Shown: positions 10,351 to 20,625, numbered from the stretch's first letter. The stretch: DNA of 64,000 bases from Caldisericia bacterium (GCA_963674785.1 OY771555.1:1440001-1504000), one strand, 5' to 3'. Translations and numbers: made by a program. Notes: a model not told the origin generated them from the letters alone.

Positions 10351-11211
10351 CTACTCTGAAAATCCTCCCCATTCAGAATCTTCTTCCAATTTCTCCTCAT
10401 ATTCAGTGAGTATCTTTTCTTCAAGCTTTCTTTCTTTGATTTTGTCAATCTTCGCTTTTTCTAATCTCTCCCCAGCAAGTTTGAAAAGTGGGTAGAAAAC
10501 AGTCATCTCAAGATAGAGGATGATAAGTGTAAGGATTGAAGGCCATAGAATAATTGGAAGTTCTGATAGCAGACCACTCGCAATAGCCATTATGAAAGGG
10601 AACACAAGCATCCATAGAAATAATGTCCAGTATACCTTTATAGATTTTTTTATAGATTTTGTTATGATTTGAAGAACTGGAGTATCAGTTATTGCTGCCT
10701 CGTAAACCATGAGTTTAATGAATGCAAAAATGAAAACTGATCCCAAAGTTACAACAGTTCTTATCCAACTCAGTTTACCAAACATTGGGATATACATAAG
10801 TGGAATAGCGACAATAAGAAATCCAAGAGTTAGCTGAAAAACAATCACTCCAAAAACCCTGAAATACTTTTTTATTCCAAATGAAAAGAAATTTGGGATT
10901 GGATTTGAGGAATTTTTTCTTGAATCCAACATGTAGATAAACCCGCTACAAACAAATGCGCTTATTAAAACTTCAATTACCCTGAAAGTGTATATCCAAG
11001 TTAGTTGGTCTTTGGGGAAGCTCTCCATGAATTTCACAAAGATTGCAGTTGTTCCAAAAAAATTTAAATTCGGCATATATTCAGTTTTTGCGAACAAAAA
11101 GTTTACGAAGTATGGAATACACGTGATTAAAATTGCTATCAAAAATACAAGGATAACAGAAAGGATATTTCTTTTGGTGAACTCGGTTATCTCATCGACA
11201 TATTTTTTCAT
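10351..11211 (-). CDS. multi-pass membrane protein, paralog 2 of tandem array
   Basis: 'MVYEAAI', 'KVYWTLFLW', 'FYPLFKLAGERL...EWGGFSE'. Confidence 0.8.
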   Translation of the reverse strand: MKKYVDEITEFTKRNILSVILVFLIAILITCIPYFVNFLFAKTEYMPNLNFFGTTAIFVKFMESFPKDQLTWIYTFRVIEVLISAFVCSGFIYMLDSRKNSSNPIPNFFSFGIKKYFRVFGVIVFQLTLGFLIVAIPLMYIPMFGKLSWIRTVVTLGSVFIFAFIKLMVYEAAITDTPVLQIITKSIKKSIKVYWTLFLWMLVFPFIMAIASGLLSELPIILWPSILTLIILYLEMTVFYPLFKLAGERLEKAKIDKIKERKLEEKILTEYEEKLEEDSEWGGFSE

Positions 11212-12205
11212 GTTGCTTCTCCCTTATGCTTTCTGGACTTTTCTCCGAAAACCCAGACCACTCATTTTTTAAACTATCGTCATCATCTTCGCCTTCTTCA
11301 TCATCATTCTTGTTTTCATAATCATCGAGGATTTTTGCTTCAAGCCTATTTGCTTCAAGTTTGTCAATTCTTTCCTTCTTCAATCTGTCACCGGCCAGCT
11401 CGTAAAGTGGGTAGAAAACAAAGGCAGTAAGATACATTGAGAAGAAGTGAAGTCCAAATAGCAAGATGTAATATAAGTAGATGTTTATCGAAGCTGTGAA
11501 TACTATTCCAATTAGAAGAACTACAATCATTATTGACCAAAGGAGTAATTGCCAGTAAACCTTTTTTCCTTTGTTGAAGGCGTTTTTTATCCACTCGGAG
11601 ACTGTTGTATTTTTATCAAGAGCAGCTTCAAATGTGATAAAATATGTTAGCATCATACCTGAAATAATAATGATTATTGCAGCAAGCGATAAGATAATTG
11701 CAAGGATTGCCAATATCATAAATGCTGAGGAGAATGGATACTCTACCATTTCAATGAAAACATTTGGAATAAGAACAAGGATCATCGCAGCAAGCATGTA
11801 TAGGAAAATCATGAGATATTGCATGAATGTTGCTCCAATCATTCTGCCCCATTTTGCTTTGCAGTTATCAAGGAAATAGCTGATGTATGAATCTTTGTCG
11901 TCTTGTTTACCCTTTTTTAAATATGTTAAAAACCCACCCTCAACAAATGCAGAGAGTATAATGGTAATAACTGTTCCGGCAAGGGAAAGTAGTATGGTAG
12001 TTCCATTGATTGCTGGAGTTGAAAATGGTTCAGCAGAATCAGGATTTAAAGCGGAGAAAAACCTCTCAGCAGGATTTGTATTTGACAAAAGACTATCTGA
12101 AATTGATCCTGCTAAAATGATAGTGGCGGAGATAAAAAGAATCCAGAAAAACGCCTTTTTGTTATGATTTACAAGTTCTGTTATTTTTGATATATACTTT
12201 TTCAT
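11192..12205 (-). CDS. multi-pass membrane protein, paralog 1 of tandem array
   Basis: 'GRMIGA', 'ITFEAAL', 'KGKKVYWQLLLW', 'FYPLYELAGDRL...EWSGFSE'. Confidence 0.8.
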   Translation of the reverse strand: MKKYISKITELVNHNKKAFFWILFISATIILAGSISDSLLSNTNPAERFFSALNPDSAEPFSTPAINGTTILLSLAGTVITIILSAFVEGGFLTYLKKGKQDDKDSYISYFLDNCKAKWGRMIGATFMQYLMIFLYMLAAMILVLIPNVFIEMVEYPFSSAFMILAILAIILSLAAIIIIISGMMLTYFITFEAALDKNTTVSEWIKNAFNKGKKVYWQLLLWSIMIVVLLIGIVFTASINIYLYYILLFGLHFFSMYLTAFVFYPLYELAGDRLKKERIDKLEANRLEAKILDDYENKNDDEEGEDDDDSLKNEWSGFSEKSPESIREKQHEKICR

Positions 12206-12340
12206 GTTTAGGATAGTAATTATTGTTTTGGTTTAAGTCAAATGTAATAAAAATCAATTTTGATTTGAATGATGAAATATGTCTTTATCAATTAATCATT
12301 CTTGACCTGAGTGAAATTCGAGTATATCTTTTTATCTCGT

Positions 12341-12427
12341 GCCGGAGTGGCGAAATTGGTAGACGCACGGGACTTAAAATCCCGCGGTGGCGACACCGTG
12401 CCGGTTCGAGTCCGGCCTCCGGTACCA
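12341..12427 (+). tRNA. tRNA-Leu (TAA)
   Basis: GCCGGAG/CTCCGGT acceptor, anticodon loop CTTAAAA, long variable arm, encoded CCA; TTGACC-17-TATCTT upstream. Confidence 0.97.
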
Positions 12428-12440
12428 CTCGAACCAAAAC

Positions 12441-12471
12441 AAAAAGCCTCAACAGATGTTGAGGCTTTTTT
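12441..12471. terminator. bidirectional intrinsic terminator
   Basis: AAAAAGCCTCAACA-ga-TGTTGAGGCTTTTT between convergent tRNA-Leu and the 12500 CDS. Confidence 0.85.
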
Positions 12472-12499
12472 ATATTTTGAAAGACTTATAAAATTTTCT

Positions 12500-13717
12500 T
12501 TATTTCAATACTTCTTTGATCATTGTAACAGTTTTTGTTGTGGCATCCCATTCAATCTCACAATTAAGAGCCTCACCCAAAAATCTGAATGGAAGCATTG
12601 TTCTTCCATTTACGATCTGTGGTGGAACATCAAGTGTCTGAATAGCTCCGTTTACAACAGCGGTTGTTGAACCGATCTGAAGAGAGATTGTGTCGCCATC
12701 AAGAGAAATGTTTGCTGTTTTTGTTTCGTCAATCCATTCGACCTCGGCACCAAAAGCCTCACCGATGAATCTAAGTGGAACAACTGTTCTTCCGTCGATG
12801 ATTGCAGCTGGTGTGTCAAGTTTGGTTACTTCGTCGTTTATGTAGGCAATATCTGAACCAATCTGAATTTTTACAACAGTTCTTGTCCAAATGTCGAACT
12901 CCTTTTCAAGGGTGGAGGTGTTTCCCACCCTGTCAACTGCTTCAACTACAAGCTTATTGTTGCCAAGAGTTACTGGTATTTCTGCTACAAAAATGTCATT
13001 TACAACTGTTGCCTTGACTCCGTTGACTGTAACTTCTGATCCTGGTTCAACTCTTCCTTTGATCATAACTGTTTCAACATCAACGTAGTGTTCTTCCTCA
13101 ACTTTTGTTTCCAAGAACATTGTTGGACTCTGAGTGTCTAGCTCAACTTCGAATTGCTCTGTGGTTGTTGCGTAACCATTGCTTGCTTTGACGATGATTG
13201 TGTTTACGCCTTCATGAAGAGCTATCGTAGCTGAGAACCTTCCTTCTTTGTCAACAACAGCCTTCACCTGGTTAACATAGACTTCTGCACCTGGGCTTGT
13301 TGTGCCTGTCACAGTGAGCTGTTTTTTGTTTGTTGGCGTTACTTGAGGGTCAATCCCCATTGTTGGTGGAGATTTGTCAGCATAGACTCTTATCTCGGTT
13401 TCAGTACCCATCATACCGTCGTAAGTTGCGGTAACCTGAATTTTACCTGTCTCAGTTGGTGTGACAAGGAATGTTACCTCGCCCTTATCGTTGGTGTATT
13501 TGTGCATATTTACGCCACATCCAACCATTACTACCTCTGCATTACCTACAAGTCTTCCTGTTCCAAACTCCCTTACAATCACAATCACATTAGATGATCT
13601 TCCCTGAAGCAACCTTCCATCAGGAATGATTATCTCACTTGACTGGGCGTTTACAAAAGCTGGCATTATAAGCACGACGATGAGAAGTGCTGTTATTACT
13701 GATATTACTTTCTTCAT
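12500..13717 (-). CDS. secreted Ig-like repeat protein with C-terminal copper amine oxidase N-terminal-like ('stalk') domain
   Basis: Signal peptide MKKVISV...AFVNA after AAGGAGG; Ig-like 'VTGTTSPGAEVYVN', 'GVNTIIVKA'; twin 'GRTVVPLRFIGEAFG'/'GRTMLPFRFLGEAL' motifs. Confidence 0.85.
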   Translation of the reverse strand: MKKVISVITALLIVVLIMPAFVNAQSSEIIIPDGRLLQGRSSNVIVIVREFGTGRLVGNAEVVMVGCGVNMHKYTNDKGEVTFLVTPTETGKIQVTATYDGMMGTETEIRVYADKSPPTMGIDPQVTPTNKKQLTVTGTTSPGAEVYVNQVKAVVDKEGRFSATIALHEGVNTIIVKASNGYATTTEQFEVELDTQSPTMFLETKVEEEHYVDVETVMIKGRVEPGSEVTVNGVKATVVNDIFVAEIPVTLGNNKLVVEAVDRVGNTSTLEKEFDIWTRTVVKIQIGSDIAYINDEVTKLDTPAAIIDGRTVVPLRFIGEAFGAEVEWIDETKTANISLDGDTISLQIGSTTAVVNGAIQTLDVPPQIVNGRTMLPFRFLGEALNCEIEWDATTKTVTMIKEVLK

Positions 13718-13762
13718 TTCATCCTCCTTTATCACTTATACGGTTTAGGGGTATGTTTGGTT

Positions 13763-14572
13763 CTAAATGAAATTATACTTTTGAGGTTTTCTATTTTCAA
13801 AGATTGAAATCGAATTGATGCCCATCTCCTGGAGTCTTTCAATGGCGACTTTAACACCCCTTGAGATATGCTCAGGTTTATGTGAATCTGAGCCGATTGT
13901 CAGGTGTTTTCCGCCTCGTTCAAAAAACCATTCCACAGTCTTCATGTCTGGGAAAGTATCTTCTGGGCTTTGAAAAAGCCCAGAACAATTGATTTCAATT
14001 CCTTTATCTCTTCCGATTATAACTTCAAGAATGTCACAGATAACGCTTTTGAAATCTGAGGAGTTATATCTATAACCTTCAAGGATTGAAAATCTTTTTA
14101 CGATATCGAAGTGACCAATAACATCAAACGATCCCCTTTCGGCAAACCCCGAAAGCGAATCGAAATACACGCCAAAAGAACTTTTTCTATATTTGTCGAA
14201 ATACTTTTTGTAAGAGGAACCACCAGAAAACCCAAGTCCATCAATCTCATGCAGCGAACCGATCATGAAATCAAGATTTTCAAGTAATTCCAATTCGGAA
14301 TCTATTGTTTCGTGAAACTCCTCTTGATAACCAAGTTCAATTCCTCTTATCAGTTTGCATTTGTTATTGGTCTCAATTTTTTTAAGGGTTTCATTGATTT
14401 TGTTGATTGCTATCTTTTTGTCAAAATCTCTGTTGTGTGATTCGTAATCCAGGTGGTCAGTAAAAGCGATTACCGGTAAACCCAGTTCAACCGCCTTGTT
14501 GTAATGTTCTTGTGGGTCTCCTTTTCCATCAGGTGAAAGGTTTGTATGGATGTGTTGATCAGTCAGTTTCAT
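13763..14572 (-). CDS. PHP-family histidinol-phosphate phosphatase (HisJ-like)
   Basis: 'DQHIHT', 'FTDH', 'GIELG', 'IGSLH', 'GHFD', 'GSDSH'. Confidence 0.85.
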   Translation of the reverse strand: MKLTDQHIHTNLSPDGKGDPQEHYNKAVELGLPVIAFTDHLDYESHNRDFDKKIAINKINETLKKIETNNKCKLIRGIELGYQEEFHETIDSELELLENLDFMIGSLHEIDGLGFSGGSSYKKYFDKYRKSSFGVYFDSLSGFAERGSFDVIGHFDIVKRFSILEGYRYNSSDFKSVICDILEVIIGRDKGIEINCSGLFQSPEDTFPDMKTVEWFFERGGKHLTIGSDSHKPEHISRGVKVAIERLQEMGINSISIFENRKPQKYNFI

Positions 14573-15524
14573 TTTTCTTCAGATCAATATTTTCGATTGC
14601 AGTTGCTATCAGGTTTAGTCCTTCGGTCTCCATGATGTAACAGTCATTGATTAAATCTTTGGCTTCTTTGATGTCTGGATATGGATATTCTTCATCTTTG
14701 TTTGGGAATGGAAACAAATTCGAGAGTGTAATAAGTTTTGCGTGAACCTGAGCGAACCTTTCCGATGCTCTCAAGAGTAGATTCTGAGGAACGTCTTTAA
14801 ATGTTTTTGCGGTCTCAGCAAGGTATAGTGTAGCTGAACGTCTTGCCTGCAAAAGAATTCTTATATATTGAGCATTACCAAACAAATTAAAGTTCTTATC
14901 GAGCTCATCGCTCCATTTTTTATATGCGGTTATTCCCTGGAAAGGATGCATGCTGGATGCTGTAGGTGGTTTATCTAGCAGACCTATTGAAACAGCGGCT
15001 CTCAGGGACAACATGTCTGATAACTTCTTATCAATATCAATTTTGTTGATTGGGAATACTGCAAAGACGGTTGCAATGTCTCCGCCACCAAAATCTGTTT
15101 TATGAATTTTCTTTTTTCCAGAAATCCCATTTATCAAAAGTGAATCTTTTTCAAATCCGGTAACAAGTGCAAATTCAAAACTTTCCCAAATCAGTACAGG
15201 TTTCCTGTTCTCGATGCTTTTGATTATTCTTCCCCAGGTATGCTCTCTGTATTCATCAAAGCAGTTTTGTCCTTTCCATGCAAGAACTATTTCTACTGTT
15301 AATCCAAGTCTGTCAAAAGCGGATTGGTAGGTATCATACCAGTGAAAACTAGAATTGAAAGCCCCTGGTAATAGTTCATCCCAGGAAGCATTTCTGAATG
15401 CGAAACCAGAAATAGCATCAACTTCAATCTCTGTTTTTTCCAGGCCAAGGTAGCTGACAAGGGAATGGATAAAACTGGATGCTGTCAACCATTTTTGTTT
15501 TTCTGGAATATCAAGGGATATCAT
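14559..15524 (-). CDS. hypothetical protein (possibly BtrH/papain-like fold)
   Basis: 321-aa ORF overlapping both neighbours; 'ISGFAFR...IIKSIENRKPVLIW...ALVTGF' pattern. Confidence 0.6.
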   Translation of the reverse strand: MISLDIPEKQKWLTASSFIHSLVSYLGLEKTEIEVDAISGFAFRNASWDELLPGAFNSSFHWYDTYQSAFDRLGLTVEIVLAWKGQNCFDEYREHTWGRIIKSIENRKPVLIWESFEFALVTGFEKDSLLINGISGKKKIHKTDFGGGDIATVFAVFPINKIDIDKKLSDMLSLRAAVSIGLLDKPPTASSMHPFQGITAYKKWSDELDKNFNLFGNAQYIRILLQARRSATLYLAETAKTFKDVPQNLLLRASERFAQVHAKLITLSNLFPFPNKDEEYPYPDIKEAKDLINDCYIMETEGLNLIATAIENIDLKKNETD

Positions 15525-16305
15525 ATATCAACCAGTTGCCATTAGATCCTTCAAGGGTAATCCACACCATCCCTGTTTCTTTGTACTCCCATTCAATCAC
15601 TTCAACATCTGGGTTGTCTCTTGCTTTTCTCTCCATCTCCATCAACTCACTTGGACTAAGGTTTTTCGTGTTAACATTGGAATCGGTTTTTTCTTTAACA
15701 AAAAAGCCAAGAAGTTTGCATCCGATTTTTATAAGCGGATTTTCACCCAGATCATTGAGACTTATAGATTGGATATTAAGATCAGTTACCTTCATGTTTG
15801 AAGAAGCCTCTGAATTCATGGATTCAAATGTTTCTGGATTGCAATATTTTGAGAATGTCGCTCCTTTTTTGTGAAGGAGCTCGAATGCGGGTTTAAACTC
15901 TCGATTTGACATTGCCGAATAGTATGCCTCAACACTGGAGACAGGATCGGTTTCAATTCCATATTTGTTATTCAGAATCTCAAAAAATTCTTTTTCTGAG
16001 ATGATTCCAGATTCTTCACTTCTGTATTCAACTTCGTTCTTTTCGTTAAGAATCTTTGACTTTTCTTCAATGTATTCTTCTGTGAGTGCTTTGTTTGTTT
16101 TTGAAAGCTCGTACAGGGTCTTGTATTCTTCGGGTTTCTCGGTTTTCATATGTTCCATAAAGTCTACCGAGTCTTTGAAAACCTGACCAGTTTCATCATC
16201 AGTAATCATACCTTTTGGTTCAGCAACCTTGACACCCCCAGCACACGACGCAAGGAAAACAGCTACCATTACTACACAAACAGTTATAATACTTCTTTTA
16301 GTCAT
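15511..16305 (-). CDS. putative lipoprotein
   Basis: Lipobox 'FLASC' after a hydrophobic leader; NTF2-like C-terminus 'VEAYY.AM...NWLI'. Confidence 0.75.
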   Translation of the reverse strand: MTKRSIITVCVVMVAVFLASCAGGVKVAEPKGMITDDETGQVFKDSVDFMEHMKTEKPEEYKTLYELSKTNKALTEEYIEEKSKILNEKNEVEYRSEESGIISEKEFFEILNNKYGIETDPVSSVEAYYSAMSNREFKPAFELLHKKGATFSKYCNPETFESMNSEASSNMKVTDLNIQSISLNDLGENPLIKIGCKLLGFFVKEKTDSNVNTKNLSPSELMEMERKARDNPDVEVIEWEYKETGMVWITLEGSNGNWLIYDIP

Positions 16306-16399
16306 TACTTCCTCTTTTTGTTCTGTATTTATGACTCATACACAGGACAACTCTTTTTGCTTCAATCAATACTTCATACTAAAATTTTTGAGTGATTGT

Positions 16400-16957
16400 T
16401 CAAGGAAGTTTGAAAATTCTAGGTTTTGCGATTCTTTGACCAACAACTTTGCCAAAGTTCCTTTTGAGTTGGTAAGAGTTCATTGAAAGGATTTTTGTAT
16501 CGAATGATGATTGCATCTTCCATTTTTTTGCAATGATGTCTACCTGTTTTTCGAAATTTGCTTTTCTTCCGGAGTGGGCAAATGTTCTTCCTCGGAACCT
16601 TCTAATGTCGCCATCAAATTTCTCAGAGATGTGCCACAGTTCGTGGATAATTGTGTGAATCTTTCCGTCTAGTGGGAGATTGATGAATCTTGGATACATA
16701 AAACTCAATATGTATAACATCGTCATCCCATTTATGATGAGTGGGGGAATTTCGTAAAGGAAACCGTTTTTTGAAGTTACGGTTGAACCACCCTCAAATC
16801 TGAGAGGGGTGAGAGAGGCAAGTAATCCACTTGCACTATTGTTTCTGGTTTTTGAAAAACTAATCGCAACTTTGCTAATATTAATATGTGCCAACTCTGG
16901 TCTGAGCTGGCACATATCTTTAATTATGTCTCTTAAGTAAGAATTATAATCTATCAA
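16400..16957 (-). CDS. putative zinc metallopeptidase
   Basis: HExxH motif 'IIHELWHI' followed by 'FDGDIRRF'; TTG start overlaps the gcvPB stop. Confidence 0.7.
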   Translation of the reverse strand: MIDYNSYLRDIIKDMCQLRPELAHINISKVAISFSKTRNNSASGLLASLTPLRFEGGSTVTSKNGFLYEIPPLIINGMTMLYILSFMYPRFINLPLDGKIHTIIHELWHISEKFDGDIRRFRGRTFAHSGRKANFEKQVDIIAKKWKMQSSFDTKILSMNSYQLKRNFGKVVGQRIAKPRIFKLP

Positions 16958-18405
16958 TCTTCTTCAGGTGTCCAAACTAGTTTTGGCTTCCTCGCAGCAA
17001 GAGTCTCATCAACTCTTGAAACTTCAGTTGTAAAAGGTGCTTCGTGGAAATCAAATTCACCCTTTTTCGCCTCGTCAAATATTGCTCTCATGGCATCTAT
17101 GAACGAGTCAATTGTCTCTTTGCTTTCAGTTTCAGTCGGCTCGATCATAATTGCTTCATCAACGATGAGTGGGAAGTAGTTTGTTGGTGGATGGAAACCG
17201 TAATCCATGAGTCTTTTTGAGACATCAAGAGTTTTTACCCCAAATTCTTTAAGTGATGAACCACTTAAAACGCATTCGTGCATACAGATTCCAGGGTATC
17301 CTTCTGGATAGAGGTCATTAAGTTTTGCTCTGACATAGTTTGCGGAAATAATTGCATTTTCGCTGGCTTTTCTTAGACCCTCTGCCCCCATGATTCTATT
17401 GTAACAATAGGCTTTAACAACAACGAGGAAATGTCCCCAGCTTGCCATAATTCTGCCGATTGTTTTTGGGCGGTTGAATTCAAATTTGTAGTCGTCCCCA
17501 TCTTTAACAACAATAGGTGTGGGAAGGAATGGCTCAAGCTCTTTTTTTACACCGACTGGTGCTGCTCCTGGGCCACCACCACCATGTGGAGTTGAGAATG
17601 TTTTGTGAAGATTAAGATGAATTACATCGAATCCAAAATCACCTGGTCTGCTTATACCCATAAGAGCGTTTAAGTTTGCTCCATCGTAATACAGAAGTCC
17701 ACCTTTTTCGTGAACTATATCTGAGATTTCGAGGGTGTTTCTATCGAAAATACCGAGAGTATTTGGGTTTGTGAGCATTAGACCGGCAACTGTTTCATCC
17801 ATTTTTGATTTAAGATCAGCTACATCAACACCGCCATGATCATCTGATTTTACGGTGATTACCTCAAATCCAGCAGATGCTGCTGATGCTGGATTTGTGC
17901 CATGAGCTGAGTCTGGAATCAAAACTTTGGTTCTTTTGGTATCGCCCTTATCAAGGTGATATGCCTTGATAATACTCATTCCTGTCCATTCCCCATGAGC
18001 GCCTGCAGCAGGAATCATTGTGAAGGCATCCATTCCTGTAATGTCGCAGTAATCTTTTTCCAGTTCATGTAAGAGTTTTAATGCGCCCTGGCATCCGCTT
18101 GGGTGAACATCTGGATGAATGTCGGCGAAGCTCTTGAGACCTGCAATCTCTTCGTTGATTTTTGGATTGTATTTCATGGTGCATGAACCAAGCGGATAGA
18201 ATCCGTTATCAACACCGTAGTTCATCTTTGCACAGTTGGTGTAATGTCTTGCGACCTCAGATTCGGTTACTTCGGGAAGATTTGGTTCATGTTCGCAAAC
18301 AAGTTCTTCTGGAAGTTTTGTGTGCGGGACATCATTTCTTGGAAGAGAGTATCCGATCTTGCCGGGTTTTGAGATTTCAAATAGATATTTATTGTCCATC
18401 TTCAT
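16954..18405 (-). CDS. gcvPB: glycine dehydrogenase (decarboxylating) subunit 2
   Basis: 'YPLGSCTMKYNP', 'AGAHGE', 'SAHGTNPAS', PLP lysine in 'HLNLHKTFSTPHGGGGPG'. Confidence 0.96.
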   Translation of the reverse strand: MKMDNKYLFEISKPGKIGYSLPRNDVPHTKLPEELVCEHEPNLPEVTESEVARHYTNCAKMNYGVDNGFYPLGSCTMKYNPKINEEIAGLKSFADIHPDVHPSGCQGALKLLHELEKDYCDITGMDAFTMIPAAGAHGEWTGMSIIKAYHLDKGDTKRTKVLIPDSAHGTNPASAASAGFEVITVKSDDHGGVDVADLKSKMDETVAGLMLTNPNTLGIFDRNTLEISDIVHEKGGLLYYDGANLNALMGISRPGDFGFDVIHLNLHKTFSTPHGGGGPGAAPVGVKKELEPFLPTPIVVKDGDDYKFEFNRPKTIGRIMASWGHFLVVVKAYCYNRIMGAEGLRKASENAIISANYVRAKLNDLYPEGYPGICMHECVLSGSSLKEFGVKTLDVSKRLMDYGFHPPTNYFPLIVDEAIMIEPTETESKETIDSFIDAMRAIFDEAKKGEFDFHEAPFTTEVSRVDETLAARKPKLVWTPEED

Positions 18406-19718
18406 TTTGTCACCTCTGAAAGTGCAAAAACAAAGTCTTCAATGGATTTCTTTGTATTCATTTCTGTTGCCGATAGGATAAGCATTCCTTCACTTAAAAT
18501 GTCCTGGATTACATAACCCTTATCGAGCATTTTTTTCTGAAGGTCTTTTGTGTTCCCCGCTATCTTGATTGTGAATTCATTGAAGAATGGGTTTTTGTTA
18601 ACAAGTTCAAAACCTCTCTCCTGGCATTTCTCAGCCAAATAATGAGCCTTGTCAAAACTCTGAATTGCGACTTCTCTAAGACCTTTTTTACCCATAAGTG
18701 AAAGATAGATAACAGCTCTGAGCATCGCGTTTCCATTGTTTGTACAGATATTGGATGTTGCCTTCTCTCGTCTGATGTCCTGCTCTCTTGGCCTTAAGGT
18801 AAGTGTGAGTGTTCTGTTGCCATGTCGGTCAACACTTTCCCCAACAATTCTTCCTGGCAGTTTTCTCATGAAGATTTTATCGGTTGCCATGAATCCGAGG
18901 TGTGGTCCGCCAAATCCCATATGATTACCAAATGATTGAGCCTCACCACAGCAGATATCAACACCCATATCGCCAGGTTTTTTAAGAAGTCCGAGTGCAG
19001 CTGCTTCAGTGATAACATGAACAAACACAGAACTTTTCTTCTCGGCAGCTAGTGTTTCCAAATCCTCGATTGTGCCGAGATAGTTAGGACTCTGGACAAT
19101 TATACAGGCCGATTCATCAGCGATTTTTTTGATTTCATCGGTATTTGTTCTATCTCCATCTGCTTCGATAAAGGCGATCTCAAATCCGATGTTTTTTGCA
19201 AATGATTTGAGCGTTTCAATATATGCTGGGTGCATGAGCTTTGAGACAGCGATTTTGTTTATTCTCTTGTGGCTGCATGCCATTCTTGCTGCCTCACAAA
19301 CTGCAGTTGCCCCATCATAAAGGGAGGCATTTGCAACATCCAATCCAGTGAGGTTTGATATACACGTTTGCCACTCAAAAATTGCGGTAAGTGTTCCCTG
19401 CGACAGCTCCGGCTGATAAGGGGTGTATGCAGTAATAAGTTCTGGTAGTGATGCTAAATGATCAACGGCACTTGGAATGTAATGATTGAATGCTACTCCG
19501 CCAGCAAAGCACTCAGTTTCATCAGGATTGTAATTCTGGCTTGCAAGCTTCTCGATATGTCTTCTAAGTTCTGTTTCAGAGAGAGGATCTGGCAGATTGA
19601 GACTCCTCTTAAGTTTGATGTCTTCTGGGATTGAAGCAATCAAATCATCAAACTTATCAACTCCAATGATACCAAGCATTTCTTTGATATCATCTGGTGT
19701 AAGTGGTAAGTAATGCAT
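18402..19718 (-). CDS. gcvPA: glycine dehydrogenase (decarboxylating) subunit 1
   Basis: 'TAYTPYQPELSQGTL', 'NASLYDG', 'REQDIRREKATSNICTN'. Confidence 0.96.
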   Translation of the reverse strand: MHYLPLTPDDIKEMLGIIGVDKFDDLIASIPEDIKLKRSLNLPDPLSETELRRHIEKLASQNYNPDETECFAGGVAFNHYIPSAVDHLASLPELITAYTPYQPELSQGTLTAIFEWQTCISNLTGLDVANASLYDGATAVCEAARMACSHKRINKIAVSKLMHPAYIETLKSFAKNIGFEIAFIEADGDRTNTDEIKKIADESACIIVQSPNYLGTIEDLETLAAEKKSSVFVHVITEAAALGLLKKPGDMGVDICCGEAQSFGNHMGFGGPHLGFMATDKIFMRKLPGRIVGESVDRHGNRTLTLTLRPREQDIRREKATSNICTNNGNAMLRAVIYLSLMGKKGLREVAIQSFDKAHYLAEKCQERGFELVNKNPFFNEFTIKIAGNTKDLQKKMLDKGYVIQDILSEGMLILSATEMNTKKSIEDFVFALSEVTK

Positions 19719-19732
19719 TTTTGTTACTCTGC

Positions 19733-20098
19733 TCAGTCGTGTGAGTTTGCGTAATCTTCTGGAGAAAGCAAGTTATCGAGTTCTGATGGATTGAGGATTT
19801 TTACTTTTACAACCCATCCCTCGTCCTCAGCCGATCTGTTGACGATTCCAGGTTCTGATGTAAGAGCTTCATTAAATTCAATAACCTCAGCAGTTATTGG
19901 TGAGTAAACATCTGTTGCTGCTTTTACCGATTCGATGGCGGTTAAAATTCCACCTTTGTCGAGTTTTTTACCTGCTGGAATTTCTTCAATAAAAATGAGG
20001 TCTCCAAGCTGTTCTTGTGCGTAATCACTGATCCCAATGATGGCTGTATCACCATCTACTTTAATGTATTCATCTGTTTTTGTATAGAGAGTCTTCAT
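19733..20098 (-). CDS. gcvH: glycine cleavage system H protein
   Basis: 'IGISDYAQEQLGD', lipoyl-Lys motif 'IESVKA'; ATG 20098 after GGAGGAG. Confidence 0.92.
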   Translation of the reverse strand: MKTLYTKTDEYIKVDGDTAIIGISDYAQEQLGDLIFIEEIPAGKKLDKGGILTAIESVKAATDVYSPITAEVIEFNEALTSEPGIVNRSAEDEGWVVKVKILNPSELDNLLSPEDYANSHD

Positions 20099-20120
20099 TT
20101 CTCCTCCTTTATTTCTTTGT

Positions 20121-20489
20121 CTAACCGAGTTCGGCAAGACTGCTTATTCCAGGAATTGTACATCTTATTATCCAGCCTTCATCTTCTGGGCTACCACAGG
20201 CAAGTTCTGGTTTTTTGTTTAGTTTTGTGTTGAATTTATTTACCTGCCCAGTTACAGGTGATTTAAAAGCCCAATCACCTTTTTTGCTGGTTTCTATAAT
20301 CCCAATCACACCACCTTTGGAGATAACTTTCCCCATTGGAATCTGATCAACGAATGTAATATCGCCAAGCTCAGAAATAACAGAGGATTTGATACCGATA
20401 TAAAATTCTGAATCGACAATACCAACCCAACAGTCATCTATTTCTATATATTCATTTATACTCATATCAATATGGGATTCTATTTTCAT
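20121..20489 (-). CDS. GcvH-like lipoyl-domain protein (divergent)
   Basis: 'ELGDITFV', 'IETSKKG', 'SPVTG', 'SPEDEGWI'. The true start may be the second Met (20465). Confidence 0.75.
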   Translation of the reverse strand: MKIESHIDMSINEYIEIDDCWVGIVDSEFYIGIKSSVISELGDITFVDQIPMGKVISKGGVIGIIETSKKGDWAFKSPVTGQVNKFNTKLNKKPELACGSPEDEGWIIRCTIPGISSLAELG

Positions 20490-20565
20490 ACAGTATAACA
20501 GTCAAGGATGAAAGGGTTCAGGTTCTATGCTGATTGATTATTGATATTTCTGTCTTTTGACATTG

Positions 20566-20594
20566 TTGACGAACGGGTGCTGTGGCGTTAGAAT
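20566..20594 (+). promoter_or_regulatory. sigma70-type promoter of the gcvH-like/radical SAM operon
   Basis: TTGACG-17 bp-TAGAAT, followed by AAGGAGG and ATG 20626. Confidence 0.75.
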
Positions 20595-20625
20595 AGCCCA
20601 AGATTTAAGTCTAAGGAGGAGCGAT

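Noticed and set aside
6881-12340. tRNA-anchored genomic island
   Set aside because: No integrase, and no duplicated tRNA-Cys 3' end was seen.
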